Shown here one piece after another: positions 52,543 to 64,000 of a stretch of 64,000 bases of DNA. The notes below the pieces were generated by a model. The model saw nothing but the letters and a program-made list of their open reading frames with translations, was not told the origin of the DNA and made no database searches. Each line of letters opens with the position of its first letter. Position 1 is the first letter of the stretch. Both the position numbers and the translations under genes were made by a program. Location of the stretch: positions 24,368,001 through 24,432,000 of the forward strand of contig NC_058369.1 of assembly GCF_018350175.1 (NCBI RefSeq), given 5' to 3'. The stretch is from Felis catus. Lineage: Eukaryota.

Positions 52543-54734
52543 CTATTCTATTGATCTGAGTGTCTGTTCTTGTGCCAGTACCATACTGTCTTGATTACAG
52601 CTTTGTAGTATAGCTTGAAGTCCAGGATTGTGATGCCTCCTGCTTTGGTTTGCATTTTCAAGATTGCTTTGGCTATTCGGGGTCTTTATTGGTTCCATAC
52701 AAATTTTAGGATTATTTGTTCTAGCTCTGTGAAGAATGCTGGTGTTACTTTGATAGGGATTTCATTGAATATGTAGATTGCTTTGAGTGGTATTGACATT
52801 TTAACAATATTTGTTCTTCCTATCCAGGAGCATGGAATCTTTTTCCTTTTCTTTGTGTCTTCTTCAATTTCTTTCCTAAGCTTTCTATAGTTTTCAGTGT
52901 ATAGATTTTTCACCTCTTTGGTAAGATTTATTCCTAGGTATTTTATGGTTTTTGGTGCAACTGTAAATGGGATCGATTCCTTGATTTCTCTTTCTGTCGC
53001 TTCATTGTTGGTATATAGGAATGCAACCGATTTCTGTGCATTGATTTTATATCCTGCAACTTTGCTGAATTCATGAATCAGTTCTAGCAGTTTTTTGGAG
53101 GAATCTTTTGGGTTTTCCATATAGAGTATCATGTCATCTGCGAAGAGTGAAAGTTTGACCTCCTCCTGGCCAATTTGGATGCCTTTTATTTCTTTGTGTT
53201 GTCTGATTGCAGAGGCTAAGACTTCCAATACTATGTTGAATAACAGTGGTGAAAGTGGACATCCCTGTCTTGTTCCTGATCTTAGGGGGAAAGCTCTCAG
53301 TTTTTCCCCATTGAGGATGATATTTGCATTGGGTCATTCATATATGGCTTTTATGATCTCGAGGTATGATCCTTCTATCCCTACTTTCTTAGGGTTTTTA
53401 TCAAGAAAGCCTTGCTGTATTTTGTCAAATGCTTTCTCTGCATCTATTCAGAGGATCATATGGTTCTTGTCCTTTCTTTTATTGATGTGATGAATCACGT
53501 TAATTGTTTTGTGGATATTGAACCAGCCCTGCATCCCAGGTATAAATCCCACTTGGGCGTGGTGAATAATTTTTTTGATGTATTGTTGGATCTGGTTGGC
53601 TAATATCTTGTTGAGGATTTTTGCATCCATGTTCATCAAGGAAATTAGTCTATAGTTCTCCTTTTTAGTGGGGTCTCTGGTTTTGGAATCAAGGTAATGC
53701 TGGCTTCATAGAAAGAGTTTGGAAGTTTTCCTTCCATTTCTATTTTTTGGAACAGTTTCAAGAGAATAGGTGTTAACTCTTCCTTAAATGTTTGGTAGAA
53801 TTCCCCTGGAAAGCCATCTGGTCCTGGACTCTTGTTTTTTGGCAGATTTTTGATTACTAATTTGGTTTCCTTACTGGTATGGGTCTGTTCAAATTTTCTA
53901 TTTCTTCCTGTTTCAGTTTTGGTAGCATATATGTTTCTAGGAATTTGTCCATTTCTTCCAGACTGCCCATTTTATTGGCATATAATTGCTTATAATATTC
54001 TCTTATTATTGTTTTTATCTCTGTTGTGTTGGTTGTGATCTCTCCTCTTTCATTCTTGATTTTACTTATTTGGGTCCTTTCCTTTTTCTTCTTGATCAAA
54101 CTGGCTAGTGGTTTATCAATTTTGTTAATTCTTTCAAAGAACCGGCTTCTGGTTTAATCTGTTCTACTGTTTTTTTGGTTTCGATAGCATTAATTTCTGC
54201 TCTAATCTTTATTATTTCCTGTCTTCTGCTGGTTTTGGGTTTTATTTGCTGTTCTTTTTCCAGCTCCTTAAGGCTTAAGGTTAGGTTGCGTATCTGAGAT
54301 CTTTCTTCCTTTTTTAGGAAGGCCTGGATTGCTATATACTTTCCTCTTATGACCGCCTTTGCTGCGTCCCAGTGGTTTGGGGTTGTGGTGCTATCATTTT
54401 CATTGACTTCCATATACTTTTTAATTTCCTCTTTAACTACTTGGTTAGCCCATTCATTCTTTAGTAGGATGTTCTTCAGTCTCCAAGTATTTGTTACCTT
54501 TCCAAATTTTTTCTTGTGGTTGATTTCAAGTTTCATAGCGTTGTGGTCTGAAAATATGCATGGTATGATCTCGATCTTTTTGTACTTACTTAGGCCTGAT
54601 TTGTGTCCCAGTATATGGTCTATTCTGGAGAACATTCCATGTGCACTGGAGAAGAATGTATATTCTGCTGCTTTAGGATGAAATGTTCTGAATATGTCTG
54701 TTAAATCCATCTGGTCCAATGTGTCATTCAAAGC
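52543..54734 (-). mobile_element. L1 (felid L1_Fc-like) inverted 5' segment: disrupted ORF2 from the endonuclease C-terminal part through RT
   Basis: ORF fragments with L1 ORF2 motifs: [28 protein letters not shown] (54105-54731), [28 protein letters not shown] (53448-53639) and LFADDMILY (52686-53228). Left TSD cagtacatacatt at 52530-52542. Confidence 0.93.
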
Positions 54735-55947
54735 AATCTACATATTCAATGAAATCCCTATCAAAGTAACACCAGCATTCTTCACAGAGCTAGAACAAAT
54801 AATCCTAAAATTTGTATGGAACCAGAAAAGACCGTGAATAGCCAAAGCAATCTTGAAAAAGAAAACCAAAGCAGGACGCATCACAATCCCAGACTTCAAG
54901 CTATACTACAAAGCTATAATCATCAAGACAGTATGGTACTGGCACAAGAACAGACACTCAGATCAATGGAACAGAATAGAGAACCCATAAATGGACCCAC
55001 AAACGTATGGCCAACTAATCTTTGACAAAGCAGGAAAGAATATCCAATGGAATAAAGACAGTCTCTTCAGCAAGTGGTGCTGGGAAAACTGGACAGCGAC
55101 ATGCAGAAGAATGAACCTGGACCACTTTCTTATGCCATACACAAAAATAAACTCAAAATGGATGAAAGATCTCAATGTAAGACAGGAAGCCATCAAAATC
55201 CTCGAGGAGAAAGCAGGCAAAAACCTCTTTGATCTTGCCCGCAGCAACTTCTTACTCAACACGTCTCCAGACGCAAGGGAAACAAAAGCAAAAATGAACT
55301 ACTGGGACCTCATCAAAATAAAAAGCTTCTGCACAGGAAAGGAAACAATCAGCAAAACTAAAAGGCAACCGACAGAATGGGAAAAGATATTTGCAAATGA
55401 CATATCAGATAAAGGGTTAGTATCCAAACTCTACAAAGAACTTATCAAACTCAACACCCAAAAAACAAATAATCCAGTGAAGAAATGGGCAAAAGACATG
55501 AATAGACACGTCTCCAAAGAAGACATCCAGATGGCCAACCGACACATGAAAAAATGCTCAATATCACTCATCATCAGGGAAATACAAATCAAAACCACAA
55601 TGAGATACCACCTTACACCTGTCAGAATGGCTAACATTAACAACTCAGGCAACAACAGAGGTTGGCGAGGATGCGAAGAAACGATCTCTTTTGCATTGTT
55701 GTTGGAAATGCAAGCGGGTGTAGCCACTCTGGAAAACAGTATGGAGGTTCCCCAAAAAACTAAAAATAGAACTACCGTATGACCCAGCAATTGCACTACT
55801 AGGCATTTATCCAAGGGATACAGGTGTGCTGTTTCAAAGGGACACATGCACCCCCATGTTTATAGCAGTACTATCAACAACAGCCAAAGTACGGAAACAG
55901 CCCAAATGTCCATCGATGGATGAATGGATAAAGAAGATGTGGTGTAT

Positions 55948-55994
<47 letters not shown>

Positions 55995-56367
55995 GGAGTA
56001 TTACTCGGCAATCAAAAAGAATGAAATCTTGCCATTTGCAACTACGTGGATGGAACTGGAGGGTATTGTGCTAAGTGAAATTAGAGAAAGAAAAAATCAT
56101 ATGACTTCACTCATATGAGGACTTTGAGAGACAAAACAGATGAACATAAGGGAAGGGAAACAAAAATAATATAAAAACAGGGAGGGGGACAAAACAGAAG
56201 AGACTCATAAATATGGAGAACAAACAGAGGGTTACTGGAGGGATTGTGGGAGGGGGGATGGGCTAAATGGGTAAGGGCATTAAGGAATCTACTCCTGAAA
56301 TCATTGTTTCACTATATGCTAACTAACTTGAATGTAAATTTTAAAAAATAAATAAAGTTAAAAAAAA
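54728..56367 (+). mobile_element. L1 (felid L1_Fc-like) 3' segment: ORF2 C-terminus, 3' UTR and A-tail; same insertion as the inverted segment
   Basis: ORF 54991-55782 ([30 protein letters not shown]), G-rich 3' UTR, aataaa plus A-tail. Right TSD cagtacatacatt at 56369-56381. Confidence 0.93.
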
Positions 56368-56431
56368 CCAGTACATACATTTGTGAATCTACACTTTCAA
56401 AGTTGCCTAAGATTTTATACATACTTATCTT

Positions 56432-59400
56432 CATTTTTTAATTTTTATTTAAATTTTAGTTAGTTAACATACAGTACAATATTGGTTTCAGGAATTCAGT
56501 GATTCATCACTTACATACAACACCCAGTGCTCATCACAACAACTGCCTTCTTTAATACCCATCACCCATCTAGCCCCTCCCCTGCCCATCTCCCTCCATC
56601 AAACTTCAGTTTGTTCTCTATCATTAAAAGTCTCTTGTGGTTTGTTTCCCTCTCTTCTTCTCTCCCCCACTTCCCATATGTTCATCTTTTTTGTTTCTTA
56701 AATTCCACATATGAGTGAAATCACATGTATGTGTCTTTCTCTGATTGACTTATTTTGTTTAGCATAATTCACTCTAGCTCCATCCCCATCATTATATATG
56801 GCAAGATTTCATTCTTCTTGATGACTGAGTAATATTCCATAGTATACAGATAACACATCTTCTTTATCCATTCATCAGTCGATGGACATCTGGGCTCTCT
56901 CCATAGTCTGGCTATTGTTGATACTGCTGCTATAAACCATGGGGTGCATGTACCCCTTCAAATCTGTATTCTTGTATCCTTTGAGTAAATACCTAGTAGA
57001 GCCAATTCGGGGATCCTAGGGTAGTTCTATTTTTAGTTTTTTGAGGAACCTCCATACTGTTCTCCAGAGTGGCTGCATCAGTTGCATTCCCACCAACAGT
57101 GCAAGAGCGCTCCCCTTTCTTCACATCCTCACCAACACCTATTGTTTGCTGTGTTGTTAATTTTTGCCATTCTGAAAGGTGTGAGGTGGTATCTCATCGT
57201 GGTTTTCATTTGTATTTCCCTGATGATGAGTGATGTTGGGTTTTTTTTCATGTGTCTGTAAGCCATCTGGATGTTTTCTTTGGAAAAGTATCTATTCATG
57301 TCTTCTACCCATTTCTTAATTGGGTTGTTTGTTTTTGGGGTGTAGAGTTTGATAAGTTCTTTATATATTTTGGATGCTAACCATTTATCAGTTATGTCAT
57401 TTGCAAATATATTCCCCCATTCCATAGGTTGCCTTTTAGTTTTGTTGGTTGTTTCCTTCACCATGCAAAAGCTTTTTATCCTGATGAGGTCCCAATAATT
57501 CATGTTTGCTTTTGTTTCCCTTGCCTCCAGCAACGTGTCTAGTAAGAAACTGCTATAACCAAGATCAAAGAGGTTGTTGCTTGTGTTCTCCTCTAGCATT
57601 TTGATGGTTTTCTATTTCACATTTAGGTCTTTCAACCACTTGGAATTTATTTTTGTGTATGGTATTAAAAAAATGGTCCAGTTTCATTCTTCTTCATGTT
57701 GCTGTCCGGTTTTCCCAACATCATTTGTTAAAGATTCTTTTCTGATTAATTGACCATATAGTTGTGGGTTCATTTCTGGGTTTTCTATTCTGTTCCATTG
57801 ATCTATGTGTCTGTTTTTGTGCCAGTACCATACTGTCTTGGTGAGTGAAGCTTTGTAATATAGCTTGAAATCTGGAATTATGATACCTCCAGTTTTGTTT
57901 TGTTTTTTTTAGAAATGCTTTGGCTATTCAAGGTCTTTTGTGGTTCCATACAAGTTTCAGGATACTTTGCTCTAGCTCTGTAAAAAATGCTGGTGGTATT
58001 TTGATAGGGATTTCTTAAATGTGTAGATTATTGTGGGTAGTATAGATATTTTAACAATGTTTGTTCTTCTAATCCATGAGCATGGAATGCTTTTCCATTT
58101 CTTTGTGTCCTTTTAATCTCTTTCATAAGTATTCTTATGTTATGAACAAAGCAAATTTTTTACCGCTTTAGTTAGGTTCACTCTTTAGTATCTTGTTTTT
58201 GGTATAGTTGCAAATGGAATCAACCCTTCGATTGCTTTTTCTGCTGCTTTGTCATTGGTGTAAAGAGATGCAACAGATTTCTGCACATTGATTTTATATC
58301 CTGCAAGTTTGCTAAATTCACATATTAGTTCTAGCAATTTTTGGGTGGAATCTTTCAGGTTTTCTACATAGAGTATCATGTCATCTGCAAATAGTGAAAG
58401 TTTCACTTCCTCCTTGCCAATTTGGATGCCTTTTATTTCTTTTTGTTGTCAGATTGCTGAGGCTAGACCTCCAGTACTGTTAACTGGTATTGGTGAGAAT
58501 GGACATCCTTATCTTCTTCCTGACCATAGGGGAACAGCTCTCAGTTTTTCCCCATTGAGGATGACATTAGCTGTGGGTCTTTCATATATGGCCTTTATTA
58601 TGTCAAGGTATGTTCCATCTATCCCTACTTTGCTGAGGGTTTTTATCAAGAATGGATGCTGTATTGTGTCAAATCCTTTTTCTGCACCTATTGACAAGGT
58701 CATGTGGTTCTTATCCTTTTATTATTTTTATGTTTATTTATTGTGAGGGGGGAAATTAGGGAAGGGGAAGAGAGAGACAGAGAGAGACAGAGAGACTGAG
58801 AGACAGAGAATGCCAAGCAGACTCCGTGCTGTCAGCACTGAGCCCAACACGGGGCTCCATCTCGCGAAGCATGAGATCATTACCTGAGCCAAAATCAAGA
58901 GTCAGATGCTTACTAACTGACTGAGCAACCCAGGTGCCCCTTATTTTTTCTTTTACTAATGTGGTGTATCACTTAATTGATTTGCAAATATGGAACCAAT
59001 TCTATAGCCCAGGAATAAATACAACTTGATCATGGCGAGTAATACTTTTAATGTACTGCTGAATTCACTTTTCTAGTATTTTGAGAATTGTTACATTCAT
59101 ATTCATCAAGCACATTGGCCTGTAATTCTCCTTTTTAGTAGGGCCTTTTCTGGTTTTAGAATCAAGGTAATGCTGGCCTTCATAGGAGTTTGGAAGTTTT
59201 CCCTCCATTCCTATTTTTTGGAACTCCTAATTTCTGAAGAATAGGTATTAACTCTTCTTTAAGTAACTGGTAGAATTCCCCTGGGAAGCCATGTGGCCCC
59301 GAACTTTTGTTTGTTGTGAGAATTTTGATTACTGATTCAATTTCTTTGCTGATTATGGGTCTGTCCAAATTTCCTATTTCTTCCTGTTTCAATTTTGGTA

Positions 59401-60033
59401 GTCTGTAAGTTCTAGGAATTTGTCCATTTCTTCCAGATTGCCCAGTTTGTTGGCATATAATTTTTCATCAGTATTCTGTTATAATTGTTTGTATTTCTGT
59501 GGTGTTGGCTGTGATCTCTCCTCTTTCATTCATGATTTTCTATATGGGTCCTTTCTCTTTTATTTTTGATAAGTCTGGCTAAGGGTTATCAATTTGATTA
59601 ATTCTTTCAAAGAATCAGCTCTTAGTTTCATTGATCTGTCCTACTGGGGTTTTTTGTTTCTATATTATTTATTTCTGCTCTAATCTTTATTATTTCCCTT
59701 CTTCCGGTGGCTTTAGGCTGATTTGCTGTTCCTTTTCTAGCTCCTTTAGGTGTAAGGTTAGGTTGTGTATTTGAGACTTTTCTTGCTTCTTGAGGTAGAC
59801 CCTTATTGCAATATACTTCCCTCTTAGGACTGCTTTTGCTGCATCCCAAAGATTTTGGACAATGGTGTTTTCATTTTCATTTGCCTCCATGTATTTTTTC
59901 CTTCTTTAATTTCCTGGTTAACCCATTCATTCTTTAGTAGGATATTCTTTAGCCTACATGTATTTTAGGGTTTTCCAAATTTTTTCTTGTGGTTGACTTC
60001 AAGTTTCATAGCATTGTGGTCTGAAAATATGCC
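56432..60033 (-). mobile_element. 5'-truncated carnivore L1 (~3.6 kb, degraded ORF2 plus 3' UTR), interrupted by a SINE
   Basis: ORF2 fragments ([42 protein letters not shown]) and a T-rich tail at the left end. TSD atacatactta(t/c)ctt at 56417-56431 and 60034-60048. Confidence 0.92.
58722..58940 (-). mobile_element. CAN-SINE inside L1
   Basis: Interrupts L1 ORF2 sequence that resumes at ~58950. Confidence 0.9.
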
Positions 60034-60619
60034 ATACATACTTACCTTTAAACTGCCAATGTATGAGCTCATTTTAATTGCAACAAAAACTCAGTGAAGC
60101 ACTATTATTATCCCCATTTTGTAGCTTAGGAAACTGAGGCTCAGAGAGGTTAAGTCACTTGCCCAGAGTCCCAAAACCTTGTGATAACACAGTCAGAATT
60201 TGAATCTAGGAGCCAAAATCCAGAGGCTAAACTTAGGGCTCAGAGGGACAGCATTAGCAAAATCATGGCAGTAAAATAGTTAAGATAATTCCACACCTAT
60301 GGTCTTATTTGATCTTCATATTTGCTTGTGAATCAGGCAGGGCTACCACTTTTGTCCCCATTATATAGATGAATAAACTGAGTCCAGGAGCTTAATTACC
60401 TTGGGAAGATCACCAAAAAAGGTAGTCATCAGGTCTGCTCAAATTACTAATTGCTTAGTATCTACATCTTCTACCTGGCTGATAAGATTCCTAATGTAAG
60501 TGAAGTATCTGTCATGGTCACTACAATATTCTAGCACACAGCAAGTACCCAGAAAACAATAAGCACCCAATAAAGATTTGTTGGAAGAGTGAAAGAATGA
60601 AGTTCAGAAAATAGCGTAT

Positions 60620-61110
60620 AGTAGGTTAGATGGTGCCTATCTTTTCCCCAAGAAAAGTTATATCTGCTTAAAACCTACAAATATTACCTCATATGGGGAA
60701 ATCATCCTTGCAGATGTAATTAAGTTAAAGATCTTGAGGTGAGATCATCCTGGATTACCTGGATGGGTCCTAAATCCAATGAAAAGTGTCCTCATAAGAG
60801 AAAGACAGAGGGAAATTTGAGACAGAAGGGGGAAGACACAGACACACAGCAGAGAACGTAATGTAAAGATGCAGGCAGAGATTGGGGGGTGGGGGGAGTG
60901 TGATCACAAGCCAAGGAACACCTGAAGCCACCAGAAGCTGGAAGAAGCAAGAAACAAATTCTCCCCTAAGGCCTCTGGAGGGAGCATGGTCCTGGTGACA
61001 CCCTGATTTCAGACTTCTGCTCTCCAGAACTGTCAGCAGATACATCTCTGTCATTTTAAGCCACCCAGTTTGTGGTAATTTGTTACAGCAGCCCTAGAAA
61101 GCTAATATAC
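60620..61110 (+). mobile_element. MaLR LTR (MLT1B/C-like)
   Basis: ttgcagatgtaattaagttaaagatcttgaggtgagatcatcctggatta...ccaccagaagctggaagaagcaag...tttaagccacccagtttgtggtaatttgttacagcagccctagaaagctaatataca. Confidence 0.85.
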
Positions 61111-62031
61111 AGCACTACCAACAACAATGCAAGTGTAATACACTTAACAATTTATAGCACCTTCATAGACATTACTTCACCTGGTCTTCACAATAGCTGC
61201 AGGGAAATGCAAGGTTGTTTGACCCAGGTCTCAGATCAGCACAATGAACAGCAAGTAGTTGGAATTACCCTGGCATAGGGAAAAATGTAGGAGGTCAGTG
61301 AAGGTAAAAGGGTGACCAATTATCACAAGCCTTAAATGCCAGACTGAGTAGCTGAAGCTTAGTTTACGGGTTTCAGGAATTGCAAGATCAGAAATATGCT
61401 CAGTGACAATCAGTCAGCAATCTGGAGCCTAAGGAGTTCAAGTAAGGCAGACCATCAGAAACTATTTCAATAATGGAGGAAATGGGGGCCTGTGGGGATG
61501 GAGACTGAGTGTGGAGAGGAGAGGGATGAGCAGGCCACATTGACATATCCAGAAAAGTAACAACAGCTGCTGTTTACTGAACCCCTACTCTAAGCCAGGC
61601 CCCATGCCAACTGCTGACAGACATTACTATATTTCTAATGCTTGCAAGGTAATGGGCATCACTCTCATTTTACAATGAGAATCTGGAGATTCAGGAGCTT
61701 GCCTGAGGTTACCCAGCTTGGAGCAGAGAATGGAGGCCTTGAATTACATCTGACTTGGGCACCCACATGTCTCACTACAAGTTGTGGCTATACAGACAAT
61801 GGTTGGTAAGCAGCTCCCAGTGGAGGGGGAATAGGTTACAAAAATGCTGATCATAAGAGCTACCAACAAAACTAGTGGGTGGTTTCTCTTTTTTTTTTTT
61901 TTTTTTCAAATAATGCTTAGAAAAAAATGACTTTACCTATAATCCCACTATGAAAGATAACTGCTATCAACAGTCTGGCATAAACATGTTTTCTAGAGTT
62001 TTTCTACTTGAATGTGTGTACATGTGTATAC

Positions 62032-62057
62032 GTGTGTGTGTGTGTGTGTGTGTGTGT
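62032..62057. repeat. (GT)n microsatellite
   Basis: Read directly. Confidence 0.9.
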
Positions 62058-62258
62058 AGGCATGTATGTGTTCTCTTTATTAAAACAGGACAATACTATA
62101 TATGCTGTGGAAAAGTCTACTGTATGCACTTGACATAAAATCTGAATAACCCAGTCTTTTATATAAACTTGACCAGCAGGGCAATAATGAGTAAAGGCAG
62201 CCAGGAGAGGCAGTAAGAGTGCTCCATCATGGGTAGGAGAATTTATTTGGTATTGTTT

Positions 62259-62484
62259 GTTTTTTTTTTTAATTTTTTTTTCAACGTTTATTTATTTTTG
62301 GGACAGAGAGAGACAGAGCATGAACGGGCGAGGGGCAGAGAGAGAGGGAGACACAGAATCGGAAACAGGCTCCAGGCTCTGAGCCATCAGCCCAGAGCCC
62401 GATGCGGGGCTCGAACTCACGGACCGCAAGATCGTGACCTGGCTGAAGTCGGACGCTTAACCGACTGTGCCACCCAGGCGCCCC
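62259..62484 (-). mobile_element. Young felid CAN-SINE
   Basis: CpG-rich; TSD tttggtattgttt on both sides. Confidence 0.94.
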
Positions 62485-64000
62485 TGTTTGGTATTGTTTA
62501 GAAACATAAAAGCACTGTGAATAAAAGCACACTGATTTTTAGTCTGCTTATTATTGTTTCTAAATCCTCCACAGACAATCCACTCTGCTATCACCTGTGC
62601 CTGGAAGGGGCAGCATCTACTGCCCCACGCTCTTTGGCAAGATGCTGCACTAGGAAAGATGGTGTCTTGGGTGGAGGTTCTCAGAAACAGGGATGACTCA
62701 TTGGTTTTGCACAAATTGAAAGGCACACACACTGTGCTCTTGTTAGACAAGTAAGAAAACTGTCCCCACTCCCTCCTCATGGAGATCTTCAGAAAACATG
62801 TAAGGCAATACCCACCATGTCCTTTATGATCTTGGGAGGAAAAGTGTCAGGCAAAGTCAATTAAAGATATTAAAAATACAGCCCATCTTCAATGGAGTCC
62901 TGGCAACTCATCCAGTCAGGCAGTTCTCCTCTACATTCACTGCTGAATAACAGGACAGATGACTTTCTTTCTTTTCCTTCTTTTGTCTTTCCTTTTCTTT
63001 TTTTTTAATGTATCAAAGACCAAAACTTCTTGAGATGAGTTATTGAGAAGATATAAGGGAAACAGAATAAACTGCTCTAAAAACAATCAAGCTGTCTGCA
63101 CAGACACAATTGGAGTTTAGTTTCTAAAAACTATAATGGTATAATTTTCCTGTTGGCCATTCCCTTAAAATAATAACTGAACTGGCAAATCCATTCCTCA
63201 TAAACACTTTCATCATCTTTGGCTTGACGAGGCCTAGCTACTGAGCCACAGATAAAAGTTTCTTCAAGATAGTAAATCATGAGCCATATGTTAGAAATTA
63301 CCCCATGCCCCTATAAATGAGACGGTACCCCCCTTTGTCTTTTCCAAAACAGTGGAAGGGATTTTTGGCAGCCAGACACACATTAGAATCCCTAGGAATA
63401 ACACTGCTAATCCCCAACACAACATTTTTAAGCCTTCAGAGTCGTATGTCACAATAGTATTTTTACAGTGTCTGGAGAGATCATGTTTATAAAAACAGAT
63501 TCAAAACAACAACAAAAAAAAGATAACTGGAAACTGAGCTCCAGCCATCTCAGGTGTGAGGAAAACTCTTGATGTGGGCAGTGTCTTTGCCTGGAAACAC
63601 AGACATCATCATGAGAAATAGCAAAATGCTATTATGATGGACAACCCGGGCTCTGCAGCCCAGTGGCCTGGATTCAAATCCTGACTCCATTAGTTGCTAG
63701 CTGTTATGACCCAGAGCAAGTAACTTAACCTCTCTGTATCTCAGCTTTGGTATCTGTGCAATGGGAATGGTAATAGTACTTGCTTCACACAGTTATGAGA
63801 ATTAAATGTAATAATACAAAGGCTTCCAATATTTTTCTGAAATATAGTTTAGAATAGGCCTCCTACTATAGCAAAAAATTTTGAGTGATAACTAGAGTCA
63901 AGGTTTTTACAGTCCATGCCTAAAAGTGGACTATTCACTTTTGCTCATATTGGCCAGAACTTAGTCATATGGCCATACATGTAAGGCATCTGCAAGATGT

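Noticed and set aside
54991..55782. 263-aa ORF and neighbouring 180-aa and 208-aa ORFs as host genes or an active L1
   Set aside because: They are fragments of L1 ORF2 broken by stops and frameshifts, with no 5' UTR or ORF1.
521..62532. Recurrent ~60-90 aa ORFs (MAQSV...SAQVMIS...SLEPASDSVSPSL) that look like a gene family
   Set aside because: All are translations of CAN-SINE copies.
1..64000. A novel multi-gene system, CRISPR array or prokaryotic-type operon
   Set aside because: The sequence is repeat-rich mammalian intron. There are no regularly spaced repeat-spacer units and no long non-repeat ORFs.

Overview
Mammalian (carnivore, most likely felid) genomic DNA, judged from abundant CAN-SINE/SINEC and carnivore L1 copies. 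It is not prokaryotic, and I see no CRISPR array or operon. The whole window appears to lie inside the minus-strand gene ERC2 (CAST1/ELKS2, presynaptic active-zone scaffold). Two coding exons, both missed by the ORF track, are readable with canonical splice sites: 32863-32937 (75 nt, ELHRRSQLQPEPAKTKALQTVIEMK) and 9698-9853 (156 nt, DTKIASLERN...KSHSKFMKTK), separated by a ~23 kb intron. The rest is intronic and repeat-rich: about 20 CAN-SINEs, several L1 pieces, MaLR/ERV LTRs, hAT DNA transposons, MIR/L2/L3 fossils, microsatellites, a 5S rRNA pseudogene and a 7SK fragment. Nearly all listed ORFs are repeat-derived or chance. I cannot support a new biological system. The best leads are: a tailless, TSD-flanked internal 7SK retrocopy; a twin-primed L1 with a ~245 bp inverted duplication whose divergence is uneven; an L1 3' transduction; and candidate frame-preserving microexons in ERC2 introns. 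All family assignments are from recalled consensus sequences, not database searches, and repeat boundaries are approximate unless a TSD is quoted.
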